NCBI RefSeq assembly: GCF_006345805.1
Contig: NC_043000.1
Location: 149,110,001 to 149,174,000, forward strand
Reading direction: 5' to 3'
Length of the DNA: 64,000 bases
Origin: Octopus sinensis
Lineage: Eukaryota
Numbering within the stretch: the first letter of the stretch is position 1; every line of letters starts with the position of its first letter. The position numbers and the translations under genes are program-made. Of this stretch, positions 36,970 through 49,391 are shown one piece after another. Below the pieces are notes generated by a model. It was given only the letters and a program-made list of their open reading frames with translations. It searched no databases and was not told where the DNA came from.

Positions 36970-37214
36970 ATGGCTACTACTTGTAGTTTTTTGAACAGCA
37001 AACAAGAATCCTCAAGTAATTTCGATAAACTTTCTGAGATTGGTCGTGGTGCTTATGGAACTGTGTATAAAGCACGTGACCGAAAAAGTGGGCAGTATGT
37101 AGCTATGAAACAAATTCCTCTTCCAAATTCTAAAGAAGGTGTTCCAACTAGTGCAATAAGAGAAATCGCAGCCTTACGTAGAATGGAAAATTTTGAACAT
37201 GAAAATATTGTACG
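36970..37214 (+). CDS. CDK4/6: First coding exon of a cyclin-dependent kinase 4/6 family gene (exon 36930-37214)
   Basis: Encodes EIGRGAYGTVYKARD (Gly loop), VAMK (catalytic Lys), PTSAIRE helix and the CDK4/6-typical ENFEHENIVR. Acceptor TTTCAG at 36929, phase-2 donor CG|GTAAGT at 37215 (same position as the vertebrate CDK4/6 intron, from memory), in-frame TAA upstream of the ATG. Confidence 0.92.
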
Positions 37215-37235
37215 GTAAGTTGAGTATCTTTTTAA

Positions 37236-37456
37236 CCCTTTAGTGTTCACATTGTTCTGCCAAAATTAATGCTTTTTTATCCACATTGTTTTGAACTAAT
37301 CATGCATTATCTTGTAGTTATGAGATTTTGATGAGGTAGCTGTTAATTTTTAAAACAATATTATAGGGTTGGTGTGAGAGACCAGATCTGGCCAGTTTGA
37401 ACATAAAACAGACAGAATACTTTTGGCCGGATATGGCTGGTTTAAATGCTAAAGGG
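37236..37456. mobile_element. TTAA MITE, subtype 2
   Basis: TTAA-flanked with the same TIR; most similar to 37915-38131. Confidence 0.88.
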
Positions 37457-37689
37457 TTAAAAATTATTTGGTTCAGTTTTGATATGTACATGTTGTTTTT
37501 CAGAAGTTTTGAGACTTGTTTAAGAGAGGCATTTATAACTGTCCTAGATTATTGTAACTTTAGCACATGGTTACTATACATCTAATAAGCTGACCTGCCA
37601 ACTTTTGTTATTCCAGATTGCAGGAGACAGCTGTAACAGCACTTTAAATGCACCCTACTTAACACTTCTTGTCAAAGCTGACTAGTTTG

Positions 37690-37860
37690 CAGTAGGCAGT
37701 TGGGGTGTGAGGCCAATGTGGAACCTCACTGTGCTATAAAGTTTTATGTTAAACAGGGCAAAAACATTGCAGAAACTTGCAAATTGCTCCAGACTGGTCA
37801 TGGATTAACTTGTATGAGTTCAGCATCTGTTTTTCACTGGCCTGAAGGGGCCAGGCAAAA
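37690..37860 (+). mobile_element. Mariner transposase N-terminal remnant
   Basis: HCAIKFYVKQGKNIAETCKLLQTGHGLTCMSSASVFHW resembles the mariner R.AIKF..K.GK...ET...L...YG...MS...VF.W helix-turn-helix region. Confidence 0.65.
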
Positions 37861-37914
37861 TGAATCCACTGAGAAGTTCATAGCGATCCCCTTTTCACAA
37901 GGTGTTTTGGTTAA

Positions 37915-38131
37915 CCCTTTAGTGTTCACATTATCCTGCCAAAATTAATGCTTCTTTATCCACATTGTTTTGAACTAATCATGCATTATCTTGTTATGAG
38001 ATTTTGATGAGGAAGCTGTTAATTTTTAAAATGATATTGTAGGGTTGGTGTGAGAGACCAGATCTGGCTAGTTTGCACATAAAACAGGCAGATACTTTTG
38101 GCCGGATATGGCCGGTTTAAATGCTAAAGGG
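37915..38131. mobile_element. TTAA MITE, subtype 2
   Basis: TTAA|CCCTTTAG ... CTAAAGGG|TTAA. Confidence 0.88.
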
Positions 38132-38214
38132 TTAAATTTGACAGTTTCATAAAAGGAAGAAAAACCACTATATCTCATCTAAAAATAAAAGTATTTTAAA
38201 AAATCAAAAAATAT

Positions 38215-39258
38215 CAACTAGATTATGGCTGGTAGATAACAGTTTACTCAAAGTAACTGCCCTCAGCTTCCACCACAGTCTGAAGATGGCTCCAGAACCT
38301 GGTGCATGCATTTTTCACTGTGTCCCTAGGAAGATTTTCAAACACCTCCTTGATCTTGGCCTCCATCTCGGCCTTGGTGTTGCAGGCAAAGTAATTGGTG
38401 TTTCTCAGCTGTGCCCCACACATAATAATTCATGGGATTACAATTAACCCTTTAGTGTTCAGATTATTCTATCAAACATAATGCCTATTGATTCCCATTG
38501 ATTTGAATTAATCATGCATTATCTCATATCTTCAAGATCTTGATGGTGTAATTACTTAATGTAGAATAACATTGTAGGGTAGGTGTGAGGGCCTGGATCT
38601 GGTCAGTTTGAACATAAAACAAATTAAATATTTTGGCCGGATATGGCTGGTTTAAATACTAAAGGGTTAAGGCAATTAAGATGCCAGAAATTGGGGTTGG
38701 CGAAGTTGTAGAAATTTTCCAACAACCACTTCTGACTCTTTCTGGAGGTATGGCAAAGAGCTGAATCCTGCTGCTACACATATGGCCTTCCAGCAGCTTC
38801 ACATAGCTGTCTGAATGGGCCCTATTTAAAGGTGTAGGGCAGCATTCTGTCACCTTCACTTGAGACACATCAAAAAACCATCACAGTTTGGGGCAGCTTG
38901 GTTTTCAAGATATGTAGGCCATCACATGGATTATAGACAAACCACCTGTTGTTCTGGGTGTCGTGCAACTGGTCTTGGCGGCAGTTCTTTTCATCTAAGA
39001 AGAACTGGATCATCCCTTGCTCTGCAGAATGCCTCAGCTTGTTCAAGAACTTCTTAGCCTTTGTCAAACAATTCTCCTTGGCTTTGGTTTACAGAATTTG
39101 TCCCTCATGCCTCTTGTATGAGTGATAGCAAAAGTCCTCATTCAGGGTCACTTTCATAATGGTGACTCCAACACCTTTCTCTCTCGCTAAAGTTTGGATT
39201 CGCTTGCTTGGATCTTCCATCATCTTGTCCTTCAGTTGTTGGATGATTTCAGACATGT
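38215..39258 (-). mobile_element. Decayed Tc1/mariner (maT/DDxD-like) transposase remnant, interrupted by a MITE
   Basis: Minus strand reads FFLDEKN...QNNRW, QQDSALCH and a C-terminal ...NACTRFWSHLQTVVEAEGSYFE*. Confidence 0.7.
38448..38666. mobile_element. TTAA MITE, subtype 1
   Basis: TTAA-flanked; near-identical to 36481-36699. Confidence 0.88.
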
Positions 39259-39262
39259 GGAG

Positions 39263-39625
39263 ACGCAATGGCCCAGTGGTTAGGGCAGTGGACTTGTGGT
39301 TGTAGGATCGTAGTTTCGATTCCCAGACCAGGCATTGTGAGTATTATTGAGCAAAAACACCTGAAGCTTCACAAGTCTCCGGCAGGGGGTGGTGGCAAAC
39401 CCTGCTGTAGAACATCATGTGATTGATGTCAGGCCCACCTGACTGGCTCCTGTGCCGGTGGCACGTAAAAAGCACCCATTACACTCTCGCAGTGGTTAGC
39501 ATTAGGAAGGGCATCCAGCTGTAAAAACCTTGCCAGATCAGATTGGAGACTGGTGCAGCTGCTGGCTCTCCAGACCTTAGTCAAACAGTCCAACCCATGC
39601 CAGCATGGAAAACGGACATTAAACT

Positions 39626-39657
<32 letters not shown>
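39263..39657 (+). mobile_element. Family D SINE head (39263-39410) followed by an RTE 3' stub (39435-39657)
   Basis: Homology to 32392-32760 and to 63600-63788. Confidence 0.75.
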
Positions 39658-39660
<3 letters not shown>

Positions 39661-40123
39661 CACAGTCAGAATGCCTTCTGTGTCTCTTCTTACTGGCCAT
39701 GGCTTTGTAGTTGCCATTCCTAGTGTCTATCTCACATCTTACAGTTTTCACAGTCTTTATGGGACACTGAGCAGCAGTCATGATGTTGGCATTTTGATAC
39801 CTGATGTGAATCCTCATAATACAGGTAACTCTTTTCCAATATTCAGATAGCTTCCAGTCCTCCATATCAATTAACCTTTTCTCAACTCCAACTTTAATCT
39901 TTATGCTCTCCAATGCTATTAACTGTCCACCAGTACATCAAGCTGTCCTGAAAAACAGAAGCATGAAATAATTGTCAAATTTAGTCCAAACACCCTGGAC
40001 TGCTGAGGACCAAACCACTACGGGTGTTGATTCTTCTCTTTCTCTAAAAACACCCATGAAATAAATTCTGTCAGATGCTGAGAAGGCTCCACAGAAATGG
40101 TTGTTATCTCCTGATACTGCTGT

Positions 40124-40391
40124 CATCATCATCATCATCATTTAACGTCCGCTTTCCATGCTGGCATGGGTTGGACGGTTCAACTGGGGTCTGGGAAGCC
40201 AGAAGGCTGCACCAGGCCCAGTCTGATCTGGCAGTGTTTCTACAGCTGGATGCCCTTCCTAACGCCAACCACTCCGTGAGTGTAGTGGGTGCTTTTTACG
40301 TGCCACCTGCACAGGTGCCAGGCGAGGCTGGCAACGGCCATGATCAGATTGGTGCATTTTACATGCCACCGGCACAGGTGCCAGACGAGGC
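40124..40391 (-). mobile_element. RTE 3' stub (family B)
   Basis: (CAT)n plus terminus plus array units. Confidence 0.85.
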
Positions 40392-43300
40392 TGTAAGAAT
40401 GGAAAATGTTCAGAAGTCTGTTATCCCTATTTGCAGTAAGGATATTCTACCAAACAATTAGAAGGAAAGCTGTCTGATGGTTGTGTGCTAAGTACAATGT
40501 TGCATGGTAGCAAAACATGGGCAATGAATGCAGAGAGTATAGGAGAGCAGAGGAAAATGAAGTGAGCATAATTCTCTGGATGTGTTATGCTAGGATGCCT
40601 GAGCATCATGGCACAATTGAACTGAGAAAAATATTGGGTTTAAGACAAATCAGATATAATGGGCGAGAGAGAAGACCACACTGCTATAGACATGTGATGT
40701 CTATGAAACAATGACAGTTGGACAAAGAAGAACCAAATGGTCCATGTGGAAGGATTATATGGAAAAAGGAAGTTACAGGAAAATGTGGTGAAGGCTGAGA
40801 TCAAGAGGTTAGATCTCATGAAGGAGATGACTAAGGGCTGCAACAAATGGTGAAGCGCTGTACTTGGGAAGACCTGTCCTACCTATGGAAGCATGGAAAA
40901 ACAGATGCAAGATGATGATGATGATGATTATTACCATCATCATCATTATATAAAAAAATTAATTCTAAAAATTGATAGAATTTTGTTTTAGAATATTTAA
41001 AAAAAAAAAAAAACATTTATTGTTAAAAAAATGAAAGGGTATTTTATTTCAAAGATCTATGAATATAATTTTGATTGTTATTCACCCACGTAGTAGGCCT
41101 ACCCTTGTCTTTTTTTGTTTGTTTTTTTTTGTTATTTGTACTCCTCTGTGTCCTGCCTCCTTTTACTAAAAAACCCCCAAAACATTAGCTTTGGCTTGTA
41201 TGTTATTGTCGTCATGCAGCCTAGCCTTGCTAGGTAGGTGTGTTGTTAATATCTGGAGTTAAAAGAATGCCTATTCCCAAGTAAACCTAGGAACTCTTCC
41301 CTAACTTTTCTTGCTTGACAATAAAAAGAAGGAAAAGAAATAGTCTGTCTAGGTGGTTTATAAAGCCAAACTTGAACTGTACTAGCAGGCTGTAGCAGCA
41401 GTAACAACAACAACAACAACAGCAGCAGCAGCAGCAGGTGATAGTTTTTCTAATTCAGGTTTACTTTTAAGTGGCAGCTGGAGATTGTAGTGAAGTCGTG
41501 GGTGGGGGAAATGTGTGGGTCTTTCCATTCATGATTGTTAAAACTCACTATCACTCCCTTCTACTTCTTTGCCACTTTTTTTTTTTTTAAGAGCAAACCC
41601 ATGCAGCCTGTAAAGCTCACACCACAGTTTTCTATCTGCTATGATTTGCATAATTAATTATATATTCATACATACACATACATACATACATGCACATATT
41701 GTTGATTTTTCTTAACACGCATGGCTTTTCTGAGTTTGCTGTTGAAAATATTTACATACAACTTTATGTACATAAAAATTAAATTTATTGTTGCTGTTAT
41801 CATTTCTCTCTCATTTTATTTCACTTATTTGTACATTGATATGAAACTAAAATATTTTACATGCTACCTTGGCTACACAGGCAAAATGTTTTACTGTCTT
41901 TGTGTGAGCTATTTAATTTGAGTAACTCAGCCAGCCTTGTTTAATAAACAGAATAATGTATGGTATATCTGAGTATTTTCATAGTTTTAGATTTAAGTAA
42001 CTCTTAAAAAGTTAATTTATCCTTTTTCAAATTCGTTTTAAGTTTTAATTTAGGTGTTTGAAAATTATATTTTATCATTTTGTATTGACTCTTTTTAGTG
42101 TCAATCATGGCTTTTTCATATTTGATTTACTGAAATTTATTAAATAAAAAGTGACTTTCCATGAAAGGTATTATTCAATTTTAAATGCAATTTCTGATAT
42201 TTGTACCTTTCTTTCTGAGTAAGAGTTCGATGTGCTTTGAGTCTTTTGAGGTTTCTTTGTTGTAAAACTGTTAAACATGTTTACTATAAAGGTGTGTGAT
42301 TCCTGGTTGTGCTGGTAAGATATTTTACCTGGGCAAGCTTTTCAGAAAATTTTGGCTTCTATCCTTACTACAGATTCTATTTTCATTTGCAAAATACTCA
42401 TTCTATTGATTATAAAACCTTTTAATCTGAAAATGTCAGAGAAAAAAGAAACAAAAAAATGTGTGGTAGTGAGAGGGGAGCAAATAAGAAGAATGGGATC
42501 AGGGTATAAAATCTCATTTGTTGACCTGTTGTAGGTATGTAGATAAAACCGGATGTTTGAAGTATAGTATAACTGATGTGCTCAGAAAGTTTCCTCGTGT
42601 GCTTACTCAAGGCCAATATGCTATAGCTTTCTAATGCCCAATCTTTTAGTATTTCTAGCCTTCTTAATTCAGTTGATAAATTAGAACAAAATATCATCTA
42701 GGTAGGGTTTGGTATTGTAAGCAGGTAGATAGGTGTTTCTCTTTTTTGCACAATATTTGTTTTTCTTGTGGGCAGTAAATTTCATTGAAAACCTATCACT
42801 GCATTGTAATTGGTATACTGTTACATGATGAATTTCAGAGAGTGGAGTTGATATAATTTTAGATGGACATCAAAGAGTAAAAGCTCGCTGTTAGTCAAGT
42901 TCACAACTGAATATTACTTCCCATTAGTTCTGTTTTATTGAAAATCATATTCCATGCCAGGTGAAATGCTTAGCAGTATTTCATCTGTCTTTACATTCTG
43001 AGTTCAAATTCCGCCAAGGTCGACTTTGCCTTTTATCCTTTCAGGGTCAATAAATTAAGTACCATTTGCTTACTGGGGTCGAGCTAATCGACTGGCCCCC
43101 TCCCCCAAAATTTCGGGCCTTGTGCCTAGAGTCGAAAAGAATACTATTAATCATATCATTAAAACACATGACATTGTGTTTATATATAGCATTAACTCTA
43201 TTGTTCAGATGATTCTGTCAAATGAAGTGTTTCTTCATTTACATTGTTTTGAATTTATCATGCATTATCTTATATCTTTGAGATATGAAATAGAATATTT

Positions 43301-45060
43301 GGACTGGACATGACCAGTTTTAAATGCTAAAGACTTAATGTGATAGTTGATTTTTTTTTTGCTTGCACATAATGGGTGGCTGGCCTAACATGACACCCAG
43401 TTTAACACTATGACCTATTTCTTGGATGTCTTTAGAAAAATTTCAGTCTGTTACAAGCATTTGAACTAGACCCCTGGTTCAACCCCTACACATGTTTTTG
43501 TTTTTACCTGTGGGCATTACCCTGCTGATTGGGCTGAGTATAGGGCCACATAAGTTTCCCATTCTAGAAAGAAGTTCTAAGGGAATGAACACTTCTTATT
43601 CTTTGATTACCTTATAAGAAAATTAACAAAAATCATCACAATGCTAGTTCCAACTAAGTCTTGCACCATCTCTGGGGAGGGACACAATATCAGTGTAACT
43701 AAAGCCATATTGAAGAATTTATGAGTTTTCTTTTTTAGAGCTTAATTATTCTGTAAGCCTGAATAGTTTCTGACTAATTACAAAAGGACAATTATGTCTA
43801 CCATACAGTATGGCTCACCATACCTTTAATTGGAGACCTGAGAAAATTTTTTTAACTACATACAGCCATTGCTCTCTCCCCTCTTCAATAGTCCATCCTT
43901 AACTCCTCTCTTATCTGCTACCACTCCCAGTGCCCTCACATATCTACCATAACCTCCCCCCCCGTATTATACCTATATTTCTCACCATCACTTGCTACTG
44001 TTACCTTTCTCCCATCTCTAATCATCTCTCCTCACACTCTTATAAAACTTCCCCCTCCACCCTTTGCCTACTCACCCAGTCCAGTTCTCTGTATCAATTC
44101 ATCTATACTTATCCCCTACTGTACCTTGAGGGTATGTCCCCACCCCCAACACATCACCACTAACATTTCTTTCACACTGTCCCTATATCTTTCCAACTCT
44201 GTCTTTTTTTATCTTTCTCTCTAACTCCTTTCTTTTCCAAATTGGGTATCCTTGTATTTCCCCTACAGAAAAACACCTATCTGTGTCCCTCTATTATTTT
44301 TTTAACCTGCCATCAGCTGGCACAAAACTGCCTCCCTCAGTTATACTCCTTCTCCTAGTCAAGAGGTCTTTGTCTTGCAAGTTACTTGGTGACCCCAATA
44401 ATGTTGGTGCCATGAAAAGAAGCGTCCAGTACACTCTGTAAAGTCGTTGGCATTAGGAAGTAGGCAACAGAGTTTGGTGCAGTCCTCTGGCTTGCACTGT
44501 ACAAGGGAGATGACTGCATTGATATTGATATGTAATGCACGTGGATGATAGATGGGTATAAAAGAGTGAGAAGATTAGAGTGGAAAAAAGCTATAGTAGA
44601 AGACCAAGTGATACAAGAGCAGAAGTTGTGAAAATTGATTTCAGGATATTGACTGAGATGTGGTGTTGGAAACACATCCAACCCAAACAAGTATGAAAAT
44701 GTAGATGTTAAAATGATGATGGTGATGGTGATGATGATGATGATGATGATGATTAAATTTCTGATTCATTGTTAGGCTATTTCCTCTTTATTGTCTCCTG
44801 CGACCCTACAACTATTTGCTTGCTCTGTGACACTTTCAGCTCAACATAGCAATTTTTTTTTAACACCCATACTGTAGCCTGTTTCCTATGACTTTTTGTG
44901 CTTTTTCTGTTTCTTCATTCCCGAAGCTTTACCTTTGTAGTGGAGCCCTTAAGGTTCTGAGTTTTCTGTTTTGACTAACATAATACTAGGGAGAAGACAA
45001 ACAACGAATATGGTCTGAAGGATGCTGTTCCACATTACTGGAGGAATGAGCAATAAAGAT

Positions 45061-45633
45061 GGCACCATCCGAACGTGGCCGATACCAGTGCCGCCCCGAC
45101 TGGCTTCTGTGCCAGTGGCACATAAAAAGCACCATCCGAACGTGGCCGATGCCACCGCCGCCTCGACTGGCTTCTGTGCCGGTGGCACATAAAAAGCACC
45201 ATCCGAACGTGGCCGATGCCAGCGCCGCCTCGAGTGGCTTCTGTGCCGGTGGCACATAAAAAGCACCATCCGAACGTGGCCGATGCCAGCGCCGCCTCGA
45301 CTGGCTTCTGTGCCGGTGGCACATAAAAAGCACCATTTTGAACATGGCCGTTGCCAGCGCCACCTTGGCCGGCTTCCGTGCCGGTGGCACGTTAAAAGCT
45401 CCAACTGATTGTGGCCGATGCCGGACCCCCCTGGCACGTGTGCAGGTGGCACGTAAAAAGCACTCACTACACCCGCGGAGTGGTTGGTGTTAGGAAGGGC
45501 ATCCAGCTGTAGAAACTCTGCCAGATCAGACTGGAGCCTGGTGCAGCCCCTGGCTTCCCAGACCCCGGTCGAACCGTCCAACCCGTGCTAGCGCGGAAAA
45601 CGGACGTTAAACGATGTTGATGTTGATGATGAT
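45061..45633 (+). mobile_element. RTE 3' stub with an array of ~67 bp units (4 near-identical plus 2 diverged)
   Basis: Unit GCACCATCCGAACGTGGCCGATGCCAGCGCCGCCTCGACTGGCTTCTGTGCCGGTGGCACATAAAAA; ends with the (GAT)n terminus. Confidence 0.9.
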
Positions 45634-46643
45634 AAGTGCTTGAAAAAATGAAATAAAGCAGATTGACCACATTAATTTTGGAGCAAGGTCAAAACTTGAG
45701 TTAGTTTTAAAAAAAGCTTCTGAGAATTAAAAGCATCAGGAATTCACGTGATATGAATATTTAGTAAGAATGAATAAGACTAGCGAGAAAGCTTTGCTAT
45801 GAGGTTATTATGACCTAATCAAGAGTAAGGGTTAACAAACTGGATGACAAGGGATAGGTGAGGAGGCATTAAGGCATAACAGTTCATGCCAGCATGGACA
45901 GTTAGATATCAACAATACATGTAAAATATTAGAGCTGGATTTATCTTTCTAGCTACATTGGTGTGAAATTATTCTTTTTCTATTTTTGACCTACTTTGCT
46001 GATAGGCCAGGTACTGACTGGTCATTTAGGAAATAAGTTCAAGATTTTTTTCAGATTACCAGCCTCCGCAGTTGATTGTAGACTTGCATTGTGCTTTAGT
46101 CTGTATTGTTTGAGAAAAACCCTTGAAATGGAAACTGAACACCTTTTGTTAAGTAAGTCAAATAAAAGTGTTTTGTTCTCAAAATAAGTGGTGCTCTAAG
46201 ATGTATTTTAATATCCTTTATATCTGCAATAAAGTATGTTACGCTGTTGCTACTTCACAAAGGTTGGATAGTAGCTCTCACATTACTTAGTAGAATCAAA
46301 ATTTGCTGCTCTAACTTCAAAAGTAATTTTAGACTACTATTTAAAATATATATTTGTTTTTTGAAGAAGATAATATCATGGCTACTTTAGGAGTAATCTA
46401 GGCATCAGTATTCTTTGATGCTGTATTTCTTAAACTTATTCTTAACATATGAATAACCAACTCATGGATTAGTTTACTTAGCATTTAGAAAATATATCAA
46501 AACTACTTATGTTTAACTATGATGTTGTTATTTCTTATACAAAGATGGAGTGGCTGAATTCATAGAGAACTCAATATTTATTTAATTTAGTGACTTAATA
46601 TGCTATCTTTCTTTTCTTCTTTCTTTCTCTCTCACTCTCTCAC

Positions 46644-46804
<161 letters not shown>

Positions 46805-47059
46805 AACACATTGTGTATCAGGTAAATTGGGACAACTTTCAAAAGGGTATATTTCTAATTTTGTTGGAGTCTAAATTTTAAATATTACCAGTTTGAATAA
46901 TCACTTGTACTATTTTTTTTTTATTTCTGATAGAATAAATTATGAATGTTAATAAAGAATTAAAACTATAGAAGTGTAGTTTCCAAATTATTCTGCACTG
47001 GCAAAAGTGCTGGGGAGATTGTTAGAGTCACAAAGTATACTAAGTCCACTGTTTTTAGA

Positions 47060-47856
47060 GTTGTAGCCAATTTGCAGAAGAGTCAGGATGTTTGGAAAAA
47101 ACCTCAAAGTCCTCGCAGTGACTGGAAATGCAGACCTCACTTCTGAGCAGGACTTAAAAGATTAATTGAGTCGACCCCATCAAATCGATGGTGAAGTTCG
47201 TTCGAGATCTAGAAATCAGTGAAATGATAATTTCTAGGGCTGTGGGACAAGACCTCCATATGGAATTGTACATGAGAAGACACTGTAACATCCTAACTTC
47301 CTGTCTCAAACATATTCAAGCTGAAACAAATCCCAAACTTCTTAGTCATCTGAAATATCATGGCAGAGATGTCTGCATCTTTGTGGATGAAAAGAAGTTC
47401 ATGGCAGACGAAGTTGCAAACCATCAAAATCCTTCCCAAGTTCCTTCAGCTATGCATAGCAAAAATCTGTCTTCCATTATGGTCTTCGAAGCTGTTGTAA
47501 GTGATGGGAAATTGATGCCTCTTCATTTGGTTGAAATGGGTCTTAAAATCAACATAGCATAGTATCTCAAAATCTTAGAAGAAGTTTTGTTGCCTTGGAT
47601 TAGGAAGCATTATGATGCAAGTTAAGTTATGTTTGTACAGGACTCCCCGTCCACCCATTCTTTGAAAAGTGTGTAAGAATTTTTGAAGAGGGAATTGCCC
47701 TTAAAGATATGTGGCTCTCTAGCTTGCCAAATTTGAAACCATGTGATTTTTGGTTATTGGGCACAGTTGAAGCAGTGTCCAACACAACTTCTCACAAATG
47801 TGTGTCTTCAATGAAGGCTTCAGTCAAGCGAGCATTTAAAAAAAAAAATAAATGCA
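47060..47856 (+). mobile_element. Decayed Tc1/mariner (maT/DDxD-like) transposase remnant
   Basis: FVDEKKF...NHQN, VMFVQDSPSTH and WLSSLPNLKPCDFW motifs with stops. Confidence 0.75.
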
Positions 47857-48178
47857 CCATTTTCAAGCCTAGCCAGGCTCATGGGCCCAGTTTCCCGGTT
47901 TCTATGGCGTATGTCTTCCTCAGCTGGACGGTGCGTGGCTGAGTGGTTAGGGTGTTAGCATCATGATCGTAAGATTGTGGTTTCGATTCCTGGACCGGTT
48001 GACGCATTGTGTTCTTGAGCAAAACATTTCATTTCATGTTGCTCCAGTCCACTCAGCTGGCAAAAATGAGTAATGCTGCGATGGACTGGTGTTCTGTCCA
48101 GCTGGGAAACACATACGCCATAGAAACCGGGAAACTGGGCCCATGAGTCTGGCTAGGCTTTAAAAGGGCGCATTTATT
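47857..48178 (+). mobile_element. tRNA-headed SINE (CORE-like plus V-like motifs) preceded by an inverted copy of its own 3' ~80 bp
   Basis: Head at ~47930 with GGTTTCGATTCC; TGCGATGGACTGGTGTTCTGTCCAG resembles the V domain. ~47848-47929 is the reverse complement of ~48097-48178. Confidence 0.75.
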
Positions 48179-48383
48179 TTATGCAATTTAGTATCCCCAA
48201 TTCCCTGAAGCTATTGGATTTATTGTGTATTTCAACAGATTGGCTGCTGATTTCTCTGGGATTGTTCAAGTGATGTGGCCAATTCTGATGAGAATCCAAT
48301 AAGGTTCAAAAACCAATTAAGGCTATTCATAATTTTTCCAGTCTGTCAAGAAATAATAAAATTTTCCATGTATATATATATAT

Positions 48384-48790
48384 AGGCGCAGGAGTGGCTG
48401 TGTGGTAAGTAGCTTGTTTACCAACCACATGGTTCCGGGTTCAGTCCCACTGCGTGGCACCTTGGGCAAGTATCTTCTACTATAGCCTCGGGCCGACCAA
48501 AGCCTTGTGAGTGGATTTGGTAGACAGAAACTGAAAGAAGCCCGTCGTATATATGTATATATATATATATGTATGTGTATGTTTGTGTGTCTGTGTTTGT
48601 CCCCCTAGCATTGCTTGACAACTGATGCTGGTGTGTTTATGTCCCCATCACTTAGCGGTTCGGCAAAAGACACCGATAGAATCAGTACTGGGCTTACAAA
48701 GAATAAGTCCCGGGGTCGAGGTGCTCGATTAAAGGCGGTGCTCCAGCATGGCCGCAGTCAAATGACTGAAACAAGTAAAAGATAAAAGAT
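48384..48790 (+). mobile_element. SINE family A, full length
   Basis: Matches other family A copies. Confidence 0.9.
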
Positions 48791-49028
48791 ATATTCAAAA
48801 GAAGTTTTACTTAAAATTTTATTGCAAGTTTTATTTACTTGTTATTCATGCTCCATTCTGAAGTAACCCCTGCTCTGCTAGCCCTACTAAAATATGACCA
48901 CATCCCACCAGTTCAGCATGTACCTCACCTTTAGAAACACTGATGAGGCTCTTTCATTGGCTCATGTCTAGAATGTTTAATTATATGACCAGATTTTAGT
49001 GTATGGAATATTTGTGCTTTATATATAA

Positions 49029-49391
49029 CTAGCAGTATCGCCCGGCGTTGCTCGGGTTTGTAAGGGAAATAACTATATAAGCATTTTTAGAGATGTAAAG
49101 TATAATAGCCATCTCAATATAGCTAACCACAAAGGGGGGGGGGGTTACTGTAGCTTTTTACGTTCTGAGATTTAATAATAACTTTTTAGAGAGTTACTTC
49201 CCTTATATATGCCATAAATGCATTAAAAATGGGAAAAATTGATGGTAAATTTTTTTTAAATCGTAGACTCATCATAGATGCACGCTAATACCCAGAAGGG
49301 CTCGATATGAATCATGTCTATAAAATGTGGGAGTAGTTAGGAATCTAAATCGTAGGAGACAGACACACAACTTCACTTTTATATATAAAGA
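49029..49391 (-). mobile_element. Non-autonomous Helitron (internal variant)
   Basis: Same TC and hairpin-CTAG ends as 3658-4051, with an extra internal segment. Confidence 0.85.

Noticed and set aside
41395-41440. (CAA)n(CAG)n tract as a polyglutamine exon
   Set aside because: No open frame with credible splice sites or flanking coding signal.
45061-45470. CRISPR-like appearance of regularly spaced palindromic units
   Set aside because: The units are tandem near-identical repeats without unique spacers, lie in a LINE 3' UTR, and there are no cas genes in this eukaryotic context.
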